A DNA stretch of 64,000 nucleotides from Nageia nagi (lineage: Eukaryota > Plantae > Pinophyta), in contig JBITNC010000001.1 of assembly GCA_050084985.1 (NCBI GenBank), positions 71,796,001-71,860,000 of the forward strand, written 5' to 3'. The translations under genes were made by a program, and so were the position numbers. This document shows positions 26,066 through 39,401 of this stretch, piece by piece. Positions within the stretch are counted from its first letter, which is position 1, and each line of letters starts with the position of its first letter. Under the pieces are notes generated by a model that had not been told where the DNA came from, made no database searches, and was given only the letters and a program-made list of their open reading frames with translations.

Positions 26066-27640
26066 TCACTAATAAACTCCATAAGAACCTTATCAATTTT
26101 TAAAATAATGGAATAAATTTGTATCCCTTAGAATAATATCCCTTTGTAACAATCATGGAGATAAAATTGGTTGTAATATGACAATGATCACATACTTTAT
26201 GGTTCTTCACAACTCTAATAATAGTTCCAAAGGGAATCTTTAACAACATGAATTTAGTTATCAAATTCTCAAATGTTGGTAAAGAAAAAATTCTTTATGT
26301 TAGCCTCCACATGAGGAAACACAAGTATTGTATTTTGAATATACCCCCTTGCCTTTATCTCACTTGATGATGTTTCCAATTCTCCATATATCTTCCTATG
26401 TTTTTGGGTGTGATTTATCTCTTATAGTAAAAATATGTACCTTTTTGTTAACTTCAATTTAACTACATCCATGTGTTTTATTGTTTCTTCTATCTTTCAT
26501 TAATGTCCATACTCTTTTAACATCATCCTATTTTCATTTTTCAACATAAATATTTAAAATAACATAAGATGGAGCATATTTAGGCTCCAATAAAAAATGA
26601 TTATTTCCATATATTCACATATTCCTACATTCGTATGTGATGTACAAGTATCAAGCAAACACATTCACACAAATTCAAGTTTTATGGACATATTGACAAT
26701 TAAGTTCAAAGTTTTCTCAAGATAGCTTGAACAACCAAGAAGGTCAACAATGCATGTATAATGATTCATCCCAGGAATAGTACAATAAGGGTCCCTCATG
26801 CTATTAAAGTATTTATAACCCAATCCACTAGAAATTCATGATTAGATGCAAGTAAAACACACACAAATTTTATGCTTTCAAGGTTAGTTACCAAATATTT
26901 TATTAAGTCAAAGAGTTTAAGGGAATCCTTGCTATAGCCATGAATTGCATGAGCCATCAAATTATAGTTTTTGTTTGTTATCATTATCTTGTGAAAACCT
27001 TTCATCTTATCAAAAAACCTATTACCATCTCAATGTTGACATATTTTACATACATGTATATTAGATATTTTATCATAATTATATGTAAATAAAACCCACA
27101 TCTATTTTTTTTATACCAGAGGAATTGGTACCTCTTTACAACTCATTACAACACATCTTGAGTTCAAATCTTGCCATCTCTATAACCTCTATCTATTCCA
27201 AGGGTAAGCCTTTTCAATGTAATTGATAATGTTGGCTCAACATATTAAAAGAATACAAGCCCTTGAAACTTGAACCCAGATCTCCATGCTTAAAATGAAC
27301 ATCTCCACCAACAAGCCAAGCCCCATGGAATCACATCTAATTATTTTTCTATGAATGTCTATATACCATTTTAAAGCTACAAAAGTTACACATACAATCA
27401 TAATACTTAAAAATATTATTGAATTTGGGCTAAAAATAATCAATTATATTTTCTAAAAATACTTGAGAGACTCTAAACCAAGCCTGTTGTAATTCATTTT
27501 CTATGATCATTATATTCCATGAGATTGCCTCTTTGCTAGATTTCTATAAAAATATTTTTAGCATATGCTATATTATTAATATATGGTCCAATTTAACAAT
27601 ACATAGATGTACAAAAATATTCACTTAGTATTATCTATGG
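26066..27640 (-). pseudogene. PLS-class PPR-E-DYW (RNA-editing factor type) pseudogene
   Basis: Reads PNSIIFLSIMIVC..DIHRKIIRC, AIHGYSKDSLKLFDLIK..FVCVLLASNH and HYTCIVDLLG. The E/PG-box remnant is GCS*IEVNKKVHIF. The DYW domain reads H-ENL..GTIIRVVKNHKVCDHCHITTNFISMIV..RDIILRDTNLFHYFKN**GSYGVY** and ends at 26066. Confidence 0.92.
27255..27325 (-). mobile_element. Possible tRNA-derived SINE head inserted in the PPR pseudogene
   Basis: Minus strand GGGGCTTGGCTTGTTGGTGGAG...GGGTTCAAGTTTC has A-box-like and B-box-like motifs at tRNA-like spacing, and it interrupts the PPR frame. Confidence 0.45.
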
Positions 27641-28749
27641 TATGGCTCTTGGTGGTGGCCTTCATATTATAATAGTTGGTATTTTTGCATTTCTTATTTA
27701 TGTAAGATTACATTAATTATACAAGTAAAAAATTAACATATTATGGTTTGATATCATTTAATTTCTATAAGTTAAGGAACAATAGGTATATGATGTTGAA
27801 GGAGAATGCCATTTTGATATGGTGGGTGGTAGGTTATTGATTTTTGTGAGTTCAGGACTTGTGCTAACTATAAGGATGTAAATTTTCATGACCACTTGAG
27901 ACTATATAGGAATAGATGCCAATATCATCATTTAACAAAATTTCATAAATGTGAAGGCTAAATCCATCAACAAGACGTAATAATACATCTAAATCATACA
28001 AGAATTGTATAAAAAAATATGTGAAGGAAAAATGAGATTTTTAACGTATTATGCATTCAATATTAGGAAAAATGACATAAAACAATATGGCATTGGTATC
28101 ACTTAGAAAAGGTATGATATGAATAATAATTTTTAACATAAGTGAAGGAGTTTATTAAAAAATAAATATACAAGCATGACATTTAGTATAGCAAAAATAA
28201 ATGCATAAATCAACACAAGAGATGTGAGGATATAATGTTGTGAGGAATTCCAAAAGATTATAATGAAAATGAAGAATTTTTTGGAGGTCAATAAAATAAA
28301 GAGGTAAATTCACAAAACCTAGATATTCCCAAACTCAAATTGCTTGAAATTAAAGATCCAATCATGCAATTAATTTCTAAAATTAGGGCACTTAAGCAAG
28401 TTACTCAAATTATGCTAGATCCACCCAAATTATGCACTAAATACACTCCAAAGTTTAGGAAAAAATATTTTAAGGAATAAAATAATCAAAATATCTCCAA
28501 ATTAAGCATGCATCTAAACCCAATCACATCAACTCAAAATATTGCAAGTAAATAAGCCATTAAAAATGAGATAAATGGTAAATAACTTAGATAATATATG
28601 TGAATCTAAAGAAGTCTTAAGGAGCATAAAAATGGCTCCAAAGGGGTGAAATACCACTAGGGGGATTAAATAACCACTCTAAATCTTTCAAAAATGACTC
28701 AATCTACCTCCATAGACTAGATGTCTTACTCCCAGGGCCAAGCTGGGAT

Positions 28750-29590
28750 TGTAGGATCCTCAATCAACCTTCATACCTAAATGAATCTCAATCTTGATCT
28801 CTTTAATACTATAGATGATGATCAAGGGATTCTAAATGCAAATACAACTATAGATTATGTATAAAGGCTTTAGGTATTTGTTGTAGTAAAAAGGATGAAG
28901 CATTAAGGCTTCGTTGGAAAGTACTCTCTAATGGTTTCTAAGATTCCAAAGGAATGGAAGATACTCTCCAAGGGTTTCCAAGCCTCATGAGCATGGATGA
29001 ATTAATACATAGCCACACACTCCAAGTATAAATGTTTTTTTAGTAAAATCAAATGATGATCTCTGAATGATGCCTCTCCCTCCTTAAATAATCAAACTTT
29101 CTTTCTTTTGGTGATTGGCCAACTCAGTCTAGATAATTTACTACAATTTACTCCTAAAAATTACAAACTATAATTATGATTATAAGAAACCAAGATATAA
29201 TAACTAAATAAATAATTAAAATAATTAAGTACTCCTATATCTAATAAATCACTCATACATGTCCCTAAAATAAGGGTGTCCCAACATGGAGTGCTCAATT
29301 ACTCATTTTTGTACCTAATTTGTAAAATCCATCATCATAGGAATACAATAACATTAAGTACATAACAATACTTAAAATAAATAATAATTCATATTAAAGG
29401 AGGAAAATCCCACTTCAAGTGGTGAAATAAAAAATTACAACAAATTAAATGAGTGGGATCCATGCACATGATAGTAGAAATCTAGCTTTGGGGTGAACTT
29501 CAAAGTGCAATATCTCTTTCATTTGTTGATAAAACCTTATTGTGTGACCTATCAAAATATTTGGTAGGAAATATTCTATCCATTTAAAGA
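28750..29590 (-). repeat. LTR-like relic, solo or truncated
   Basis: Starts TGTAGG and has a minus-strand TATTTAAGG box at ~29082-29090. No matching TSD was found. Confidence 0.3.
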
Positions 29591-29593
29591 TAT

Positions 29594-30268
29594 TGTTGAT
29601 ATGTATTTTGGTACACTTAAGATTACCTATAAATGAACTAAAAGCACATATATTTTTATTGTATGATAAACCTAAGTTACTTAACTTAGATATACATACA
29701 TAAATAAGAGAATTAAATAGTGTGGTAATAGTACAATGAAATTATAGTGACTTCAAGATGTAAAATGCAATTACATGTACTAAAGAGAAAGAAATTGAGA
29801 GAAAGATAAATACTTGTGTGTCCTTACCTATGTCGATATCAAAGATATGATGAACAAACTTGTTAATGATCTTAAAGAATGATGTTTTCCAACAAGGATA
29901 AATGAAAATAAGTTTAATTGAGCATATGGTCATGAAAGTGGATAACAAATATTTGCTCAAGTGATAATAAGATTTCAATCTCAATAGGTAGTATTTAGAA
30001 GCACCCAAGTGTAGTGTATCAACTATCAAGATGTAATATTGACATGCTTTTTTCAAGTTAAAAATACTTACATTTATATGAAGCATTATTCATCATTTGA
30101 TCCCATATGTGAAAGTAGTAGCCATCCCAGTGTACCTAACATAAAACATAAGAACACAACCTAAGAAATATGTCATAATAAGGTAAAATATGATTAAATG
30201 TGATTAAAACATGTATGTAAGTTGCATCTAAGTGGAAATGTGCTAAGGGGATCACTTTAGGTGTCAAT
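29594..30268 (-). repeat. 3' LTR of the Ogre-like element (~120 bp shorter than the 5' LTR)
   Basis: Homologous to 52407-53205. Confidence 0.88.
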
Positions 30269-30904
30269 ATATGTCCCATTTGTAAGTATAATGAAATTTA
30301 ATCTTGAAATGATATTATACTTGCAAAGGAAGTAAAGGTAAAGAGAAGAAGAATTTGATACTTCCCTAGTTTAGCTATCGGGATCATTAAGGATTTGATG
30401 ATGTATAATTCCCCTTATTTTCCTTGGTTGTGAGATGTAATGGCTTGCATGTATTAGAATCAACCAAGAGTAAATAATGAACCTAAAAATAAGAAGAAAA
30501 TAGTTACAAGCACATATATGATTGTTCATAAAACATATAGCAGTGGATAGTAATAGAGAACATCATAACATTTCATCAAATGATATAGAAATAATGAAGC
30601 AAGGATGAAATTAATATAATAGCATACATCATATTGAGGATACTAAATACAAAAATACTCAATGTTTCATTCTTAGATGCATACATAAGAGAATCATGAT
30701 AAAGGTGTATCCACATAGTCATAGGGTACATGCTTCATTCCTAATTGGAACCCATGCAATTAGAACCATATATGTTAACATTGTAATAAGGTACATGCCC
30801 CATTCCTATATGCAATATATAAAATAAGGAAACAAGATGGTGATGGTTAGTTGAGATCCAATCAACAAAGTTGACTCAAAGATGGAGGTTAGTTAAGACC
30901 CAAC

Positions 30905-32704
30905 TGTTATTCTTGCAGAATCACACTCCAAAAAGGGTAATATTTTTTCAATTCATTATTATTTCATTCTATATCCCAATAAAGTCCCTTATATAAAGCC
31001 CACTTCTTATAACCTTTTCTTTCATAATTGCAAATGATATAAAGAGTGTGAAATGTCATGCTTAGTCTATCTTTCACATTCTAGTTAAGTTTTGTATTTG
31101 GTCAAGGTATGTCTAGGACATGTTCATGATACTGGGTCTTAGTTAAAAGTAGGGAACCTAAACCCCACCATTTTTTTATGAGGCAAGTACTATTTGTACA
31201 TAATTATTTGGATCATGTCTAGGAGATGTGAGTAAGTCAAGGTCGAAGGGTTCCCATTCTTGTAGGATCGACTAATTCTTTTCTGGGAAATATCATGTAA
31301 AAGTTCATATATACCTAAGTCTAGTCTAAGTCTCATCGAGTAAGTAGTTAATTAAGTTTAAGTATTGTATTAGTTTGAGAGTTATTTTTAGGTATTGTTA
31401 TATATTAGTGTTAGTACAAAGTCAAATCACCCAATGAATGATATTTTGGAACCAGTGAAATCCTAAAGGAGGAGTTATACCTCTTGATAGAAATCAACAG
31501 GCTCTAATTTTATCTATCATCAAATGATCCAAGAAGTCTTAGTGGTGAGAGATGTTATAATGCTCACATTAATTAGACCCCACTAATTCTTTGTGATGAC
31601 ATCATACATTTTAAGGAAAATTAGTGGGTGGTAAAGCTTCACATATATTCAACAAGATCCATCAAGCATGAATGAAGATTGTAGGAGGAAGGAAACACCT
31701 AAGTCCACTTTATCAAGAGTGTGTAACCCTTGGGACCCTACCAACATGTTGATTACAACTCATTTTTACGAGGCAGTAGTAGTTCACCTTTAGATTTGAA
31801 TGATACATCTATCTTCCCCCTTAAAGTAATCACAACCTGGTATAATAGTGTAAATATTTTTATGGTTGTAGAAAGTTAGGTACCTTGTGACTGCTAATAG
31901 AGGATGATCATACTAATCAAGATAATAGGCCATACCTATTAAGTTTAGAAATAACCACATAATATCATAGTAAAAGATAAATTAGATGGATTGCAGCTAG
32001 ATAGGTACAAAAAAATGAAGGACTATAGATTCCAAAATATTGGCATCGAGTTAACAAAATACTATGCAATCAATCATAATTGTAGATTATGTTGTACATT
32101 TTATAATTGTTTAATTCATACTATTTTTAGTCAAATAATAGTTAAAGGCATTAATGGTGGACAACCACCTATTGTAAATAAGATTCTATAAGGAGTGGAA
32201 TGCTAGAGATCTAAAAGGTCAAACATTTTAGCAAAGTTGCCCAGTGTGAAAAATGTTTTTCATATATGATAATGCAATGCTATGATATTTTTTACTCTTT
32301 TATTTTTGGTTGTTATCTTGTTTTGAAATTGTTATGTATGAAGCATTATCCTTAGTTGTGGCTATGTATTATGATTGTGAGACCCTAAGGGTGAGTTAGT
32401 TATTCTATACTTAGTATTGGCATAGGATTACTACCTATGCAGTGATGCTTAGGATGATTATTTTTAGTTTTCTTTTTGTAGTATAGATTTCAATCTCTTT
32501 CCTATACTCTTTACCTCTTTTATCTCTTTCTAGTTACTTTTGACCTCTTTCATATATAAGAACTAGCCTATAACCCAAAGATTGAGTAGAAAACCCCATG
32601 AGTTCACTATCCCACCACCGTCTACTCTTTTAGGAACCTTACTATTGTAAGAAATGGAGAAATATACTAGACCAAACCTTTAGGTTACATTATACTGATC
32701 AACA
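30905..32704 (+). repeat. 5' LTR (~1.8 kb) of the nested Tat element
   Basis: Colinear with 43275-45091. Confidence 0.92.
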
Positions 32705-33087
32705 ATAGAAACATTCATTTTTGGCACACCTGGTGGGACATGAACTAAAATCCATATTTTGTGGGTGTGAATAGGCTAGATAGCTATGTCTAATAAGCTA
32801 TCGCCTTATGGTTAAAATATTATAAGGTTTATTTCACCTTATTAGTGAATCTACTCTCATACCAATCATATTTTTGAACCTTGGCATGTCCAATTTTCAT
32901 ATTTATAAGTAGTACCAAAACTTCTTCCTAGGAAACCTAGGTTTTTAGAGTTTTCAGTTCCTCAAAGGAGGACTAGGTGAAAGCTTTGCTAGAATATCCC
33001 TCCTTAAATTCCTTTGAGATCCATTACATTGATAGCTATATTTGATTTAGTCCAAAAAAATCCTTCACCTATACTAATGGTCCAAAC

Positions 33088-36000
33088 ATGGCTCAACCTA
33101 CCCTTGTGGATTTTCTTGTTTGAAATAATGGTTATCCCTTAGTAGTTCCTACTAATTCCCTAGCTATTACCCAAGAAACCTTTAAAGTTTTGCCTAAATA
33201 TGATGGTTTAGGAAAAATAACTTATGAACATTATCAATATGTATCTTTTTTTGGTGTCTAAATTTGATATCAATGATGAAACTATCATGACAAGATTGTT
33301 GTCACATTCATTTAAAGGCAAAGTAGCTGAATGGTTCAAAACTCTCACCCCTCAATCCATAAATATATGGGGAGAGTTATTTCAAGCTCTTATCAAGAGA
33401 TTTTCTAATATGGTGATGATAACACCTTTTTTAACCTCATAACATGTATTAAAAGACATCTCCATGAGTTTATGGATGATTTTAACATTAGATTTGAGAA
33501 AACTTGGAAATCCATTCCAATAAGGATCATGCCAATAAATGCTCAAGCCTTGGTATATTATAGTAAATCATTCTACCTAGACCTTAATGTATTGATTTTT
33601 ATGTTGGGGGATACTTTCCCATATTTCTATTAGATAGCTAAAACTATTGAACATACCCTGGTTTCCTTTAGAAAGATGTAGCCTAGATCCATTATGCCTT
33701 TATTTCCTAATGTACCCCCAAAATAGGATTCATTATAAATTCCTCATCCTGGAGTGTTATCCTTACCACCACCTCCTCCTAAACCTATTTCTTATAACCA
33801 AATACCAACACTTCTAGCTATTGCATCTATAAGTACAAGTACTAGTTCTAACTCTCAAGAGAAAGAGAGAATAAGGCAGTTGGAGATAACCATTAGGAAC
33901 CTCACAAATAAGCTCACTTTATAAGAGAGGAAAAATCAAGTATTAAATTATAAAAGATATGATAATTAGTATCAACTAAAATTCTATTCCATAAATAATC
34001 AATCAAAATAGCCTCTTGCTCCCAAAGTTGTAGACAATGCAGTCATGGTTAGTTCTATAGAATGTGATGCTCTAGGTATTACGGAATGGTTTCCTCCTTG
34101 TTTTGTTACATATTTTCTATACTCATATGTAGTGTATCAACATCAATATTTAGGCTTACATTATAATCAAATGCTATAACTTGCTTCAAATCTTACCATG
34201 GCTAATTTTTAGGTTCCAGATTATGTTGGAGAATAAGCCAACTATGTTCAAATTAGAGCTCCTATTTTAACATTCCCACAATAATCCCAAGTTACTTAGC
34301 AAAATTAGTAAACCATTATAGCTCAACCTAATTTAAATAGAGCTAAAGCTCCTATGTATCAACCATAGAAGCAAATAAATCAACTTCCAAATTTTCCAAG
34401 TTAAGTTTCACAAGGCCAGGGAAATGTTGCTCCTGTTGCAAGGAACCCCTCTCAAACTAGAAATGATGTCCTAGAATGAGAGAGACCTACTCCATTGAGA
34501 TATCCTTTGATAATTAACCATCATAAAAATAAGGATACTTAGCAATTCAAATCTTATTAGCCTTCTAAAATAAGTAAGTCAGCCTCTTATGTTCTATACA
34601 ATATTTTGGAAGAAATAAAAAGAACACCTTTTAAAATGATAATGTTTGATGCATTGAGGATTTTGAGTCAAATTGACCTTTTGCAAGAAGATTTGAATCT
34701 TAAGAATAGTAAGAAAAGGGTAAATGAGGATAATATATTGTTTGCAAATTCTGATGATGTCCCTCTAGCTCCTACATGTATAAAAAGAACTCTATCTTTT
34801 TATCTATCTCTTATATTAGAAGCCTAGATATTTCAAAATTCTATGATTAATACTAGAGTTACCATTACTGTTATTCCCAAAGCTATTGTAAATGATATGA
34901 AATTGTATGTAACTCGATGCATATATGGAGTCATACAATTAAATTCATCCCTCATAGATATGATTGGTAGTGTTTAAAAGAGTTTCCATAACCTTAAATG
35001 CATTCCTTGATATTTGTGTCATTCAAGATATTATTGTAGTTGATATTCCACCCTTATTTTGAATCTGCTTGTCCAAAGAATTCACTTCTAAGTTGGGAGG
35101 GTACTTAGCCTTATATTACACACACCTCTTGCTTCCTTTTCAAAATAAGCATGTCAAAATCCCAAATGAGGGTACGAAAAATGTCCATCTTAAGAATCTC
35201 TAAACAAAACTACATGAATGACCCTGAGCAAGTAGAGACATTTGAAAGGAATCCACTCATGAAATCATTGCTAACCATAAGAATTATTTTAGAAAATGAT
35301 CTTAATTATTAAGTCACTAACATTAATATGGGAAACTCTTTCTTATTTGAAAATGTTTAGCCAATCTTAGTCATAGTTGGAAGAGAACATGAAGTATGGA
35401 TGATGTTCTTTGATGGAGCCAGATGTAAACATGGTTATGGAGTTGGTATTATCTTTAAGTCACTTGAGAGAAACATTAGGAGATTCTTATTCATATTCAC
35501 ATGGATTTGTACCAACAATGTTAATGAGTATGAATCCCTCTATTTAGTGCTATCTAAAGCTATTAGTATGGGTATCAGATGCATAATAGTCCATGGTGAT
35601 TTTGAACTAGTCATAATGTAAGTCAAGGATAAGATCAATGCAAGCATCACTATATTAAGAATTACATGAATAAGATATGGGATCTGATGAATCATTCCTA
35701 GTTATAATTTTATCTCTATTCCTAGGAAGTATAATCAAATTATTGATGCACTTCCTAGCAAAGGAGCACATTTGAAACTTGCTCATAACATAAGAGATAG
35801 CTTTGGAGTCAAAGTTTTATGTAGGCCATTTGTACTGATACTACAATTTGGTAGGTATTTAACTTTGATGAGCATATTATGAATTTTTTAATAGATGAAG
35901 TAGTAGCTGACACCTTTGGTGTAACATAACTATTAATTATTTTCAAGAATTAGATATTATACAACTTAGAAATAATGTTATACCCAAAGGTTTGTTTTCC

Positions 36001-38816
36001 TTTGAATGACTATTTGATTTTGAAGATGTTCAAAGAGACAAAATGTTAGCCATTCAAAATAAAAGTAATATTGAGTTGGAAGTTGAACCCAAAAAATGCA
36101 TTAAAGTTAGATCAGGGTGCAATGAACAAGAAAAAGAGATGATATTTTATATATACCATGAGTTCACCAAGGTAATCTCTTGGACTTATGATGATCTAAA
36201 AATGTATGACAAGAATGTGATCCAACACACCATTAAATTAGAGCCAAAATTTAAACCATATAGGAAAAAATAGAGGCTAGTAAACCCAAGAATAGAAGAG
36301 GTTATGAAGTAAGAGTTGCTAAAACTCCTAGACGCTAAATTTTTTACCCTATCAAGTATTCTTCTTGGGTAGCCAATTTAAGACCAGTAAGGAAAAAGAA
36401 TGGAGAAATCAGACTGTGTGTGGATTTTATAAATTTGAATCAATTTTCCTTGAAATAAAACTATCCTCTTCCTCCCATGGAGAAAATCTTGCAAATAGTA
36501 TCTAGATCATGCTGCTTTTCTATGATTGATGGTTTTTCTAGATTTAACCAAATTTGGGTAAAAGATGAGGATCAATATAAAAATGTATTCACTATCAAGT
36601 GGGGAACATTTGCATTTCAAATAATGCCTTATGGTCTCTCTAATGTTGGGGTTACTTTTTATATAGCTATAGACCATTCCTTTGGTGAGTTGATAAACAA
36701 GATAATCCTTGTCTACTTGGATGATATTACTATATTTTCCAAGAGTAGAAAAGATCACTTAAATCATCTCAGGTAAATTTTTGAAAATGTATGTAATTTG
36801 AGATTTTTATCAAATCTCAAAAAATCTATTTTTATGGTTAACTAAGAAAAACTTCTTAACGATATTGTTTCAAAAGAAGGATGGGCAATTGATCTTGACA
36901 TAGTCAAAGCTATTAAGGCATTGCCCCTACCTTCAAATAAAAAACCCTTGTAATCTTTCCTTGGTCAAATCAATTTTATTAGAAAGTTTATTAGTGATTG
37001 GTTTTATATTGTTTCTCCAATCACAATAATTTTGAATAAATATGCATAGTTCTCCTAGTCTAATGAAGCAAAGCAAGCTTTTCATGATATCAAAAAAGCT
37101 ATAATAGAAGCTCCAATTTTGAAAAATCTATATTTTTCAAAAGACTTTATTATGTATGATTATGGAGTAGATAAAAGTATTACATCCATACTAACACAAA
37201 AGGATAATCAAAAGGATGAACATCCTATTGCATTTCATAGTCAGACAATGCATAAACATAAGGTAAATTATTCATTTATTGAAAAATAAGTGTTCTCTAT
37301 TATGAGAGGTTTGAAAAAAGTTTAAGCATTATGTGTCACAAAATAAGATCCTTGTATATACTATTCACCTTGATATCAAAAATTATGTTATTTAAGGAGA
37401 ATTGGTTGAAGGGAAAGTTGGCTAGATAATAAGAATAATGGAATATGATGTTGAAATTAAACTAATTAAGCTTATCAGAGGAAGAGCCCTCTATGAGAAC
37501 ATAGTTGAAGTAGCACACATGATTGCTTTCATAGAGGATGAAGAGCATCTAAATGAAGAGAGTGATTGGATAAAATAATATAGTATATATTTTAGAACTG
37601 GATGCTAACTTGAATCATTTGACATATTTAGAGAAGAAAATTTAGGTTGTAGGCACTCAAATTTACAATGATTGATGATCATCTCTATAGGAAGGTTTTT
37701 GATTAAACCTTGTTGATATATGTAACTAATGATGAAGCTCTAATAATTATACATGAATTATTTATGGATTCCCTAGGGGATACTATAGTGGCCCTAGTAT
37801 AATAGAAAAAATATTACCGGTGGGCTATTACTAGCACACTCTTTTTCAAGACTCCTATAAGATATCTCGATAGTTTGACAAATGCAGCAAGTATGTGGGA
37901 AAGAGAAGACAAGATGCCATGCCTCTAAAACCTATGGTCATTGAAGAACCTTTCCAACAATGGGGTTTAGACTTCTTTGGTATTATTAACATGAATTCTT
38001 AGTAGGCCACAAGTTTATCTTGACTATGATAGACTACTTCACAAGGTGGTCAAAAGAAATACCATGCAGAAATATAGATTAGGAGGAAGTTATTGAGATG
38101 ATATAGAGATTGATCACTTGATTTTGGTATCTTGTAAACCATTGTATCGAATAATAGTACTACATTCATTAGGGCCTATTTATCATATTTTATCATTGAG
38201 TATGAGATATATTGGTTACTCTCTTCAAATTATTACCCATAAGGGAACATGTTAACTGATTCAACAAACAAAAACTTAAATCAGATCATCAAGAGAACCA
38301 TTGAAGGGAATCACATGCAATGGCACACAAAGTTAGACTATGCATTATGGGTTGATAGAATCAGTATCAAATCTACTATTAAGACATCATCCTATGCATT
38401 AATTTATGGTAACAAACCTATGCTACCTATCCATCTTGAGTTACCTGTATTAAAAATCCTATAGGAGTTAGAAGACTATGACTTTGAGCCATTAAAAATT
38501 GGATTCAATTAGTTGATAAAGCTAGAAGAAGAAAAAAATAAATCTTATTAGGCATTCCAAAATTGTTAAAATATTATCAAAAAATGGTTTGAAAAAAAAG
38601 AAGTCTTCCCAAGTGAAATTTTAAGTTGGTGACATCATCCTGAAATGGGACCAGGAAAGAGCAAAGATTGAGAAACATCAAAAATTTGATTCCTTATGAA
38701 GCGGGCTGAATATCATTGTGGAAGCCTTATAGAATAATGTGTTCAAACTAAAGGATATTTTAGATCCTAGGAGATACTATTACTAGTAAATGAGATCCAT
38801 TTAAAACACTACTAAG
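33088..38816 (+). pseudogene. Tat gag-pol pseudogene: gag-PR-aRH-RT-RH-INT
   Basis: Gag RLLSHSFKGKVAEWF; protease-like MINTRVTITVIP (~34844); aRH WMMFFDGARCKHGYGVG..TNNVNEYESL..HGDFELVI (35397-35620); RT MIDGFSRFNQI and YLDDI; RH HPIAFHS; integrase WGLDFFG and SSNYYP*GN. Confidence 0.93.
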
Positions 38817-39401
38817 TAGTAGGGTGATTTCATAACACCTACCAAACATATATAGTGTAAATAATATTATACAACTGGTTATTTCATTTTATGTGTTTTG
38901 TTTATTAAAAAATTATGTTTGTATATACTTTATTTACCATAGGTGGAAATACCAAGGTGGTAGATAACCATATATTTAATAGGCATGATTGAGGTTAAAC
39001 CTGATAGATGTAAACCATCTTATCAAAAGATTAGCATTTAAGAGCTAGTTTCTCTTGAAAAAGCTACCAATCGCACCTTACCTTCCAATTTAAATCTGAT
39101 GCACTTGAAATAAATATGATCCCACCTATCATTCCTAACACCACACTCTACATAAACCCCAACATTCCTAGTTCATTAATTTCCATTAATAAATGGCACT
39201 CACAAACCCTAGACAAATAAAACATAGTCCTCAACCTCTTATTTCCTCACTTAATAAATTTCAAAGCCCAACTTTTCAAGAGTTATAGAGCACATTATCT
39301 ATAGATTTTTGGTGCTAGGTGTTAGAAGTTTTAGAGCTTTATTTTATAGAGGTTGGAAAAACTTGATGTTTATCTGAGCTACATAGAAATTATTGAATAT
39401 C

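Noticed and set aside
27255-27325. Functional tRNA gene
   Set aside because: It has only box-like motifs, with no convincing cloverleaf or acceptor stem.
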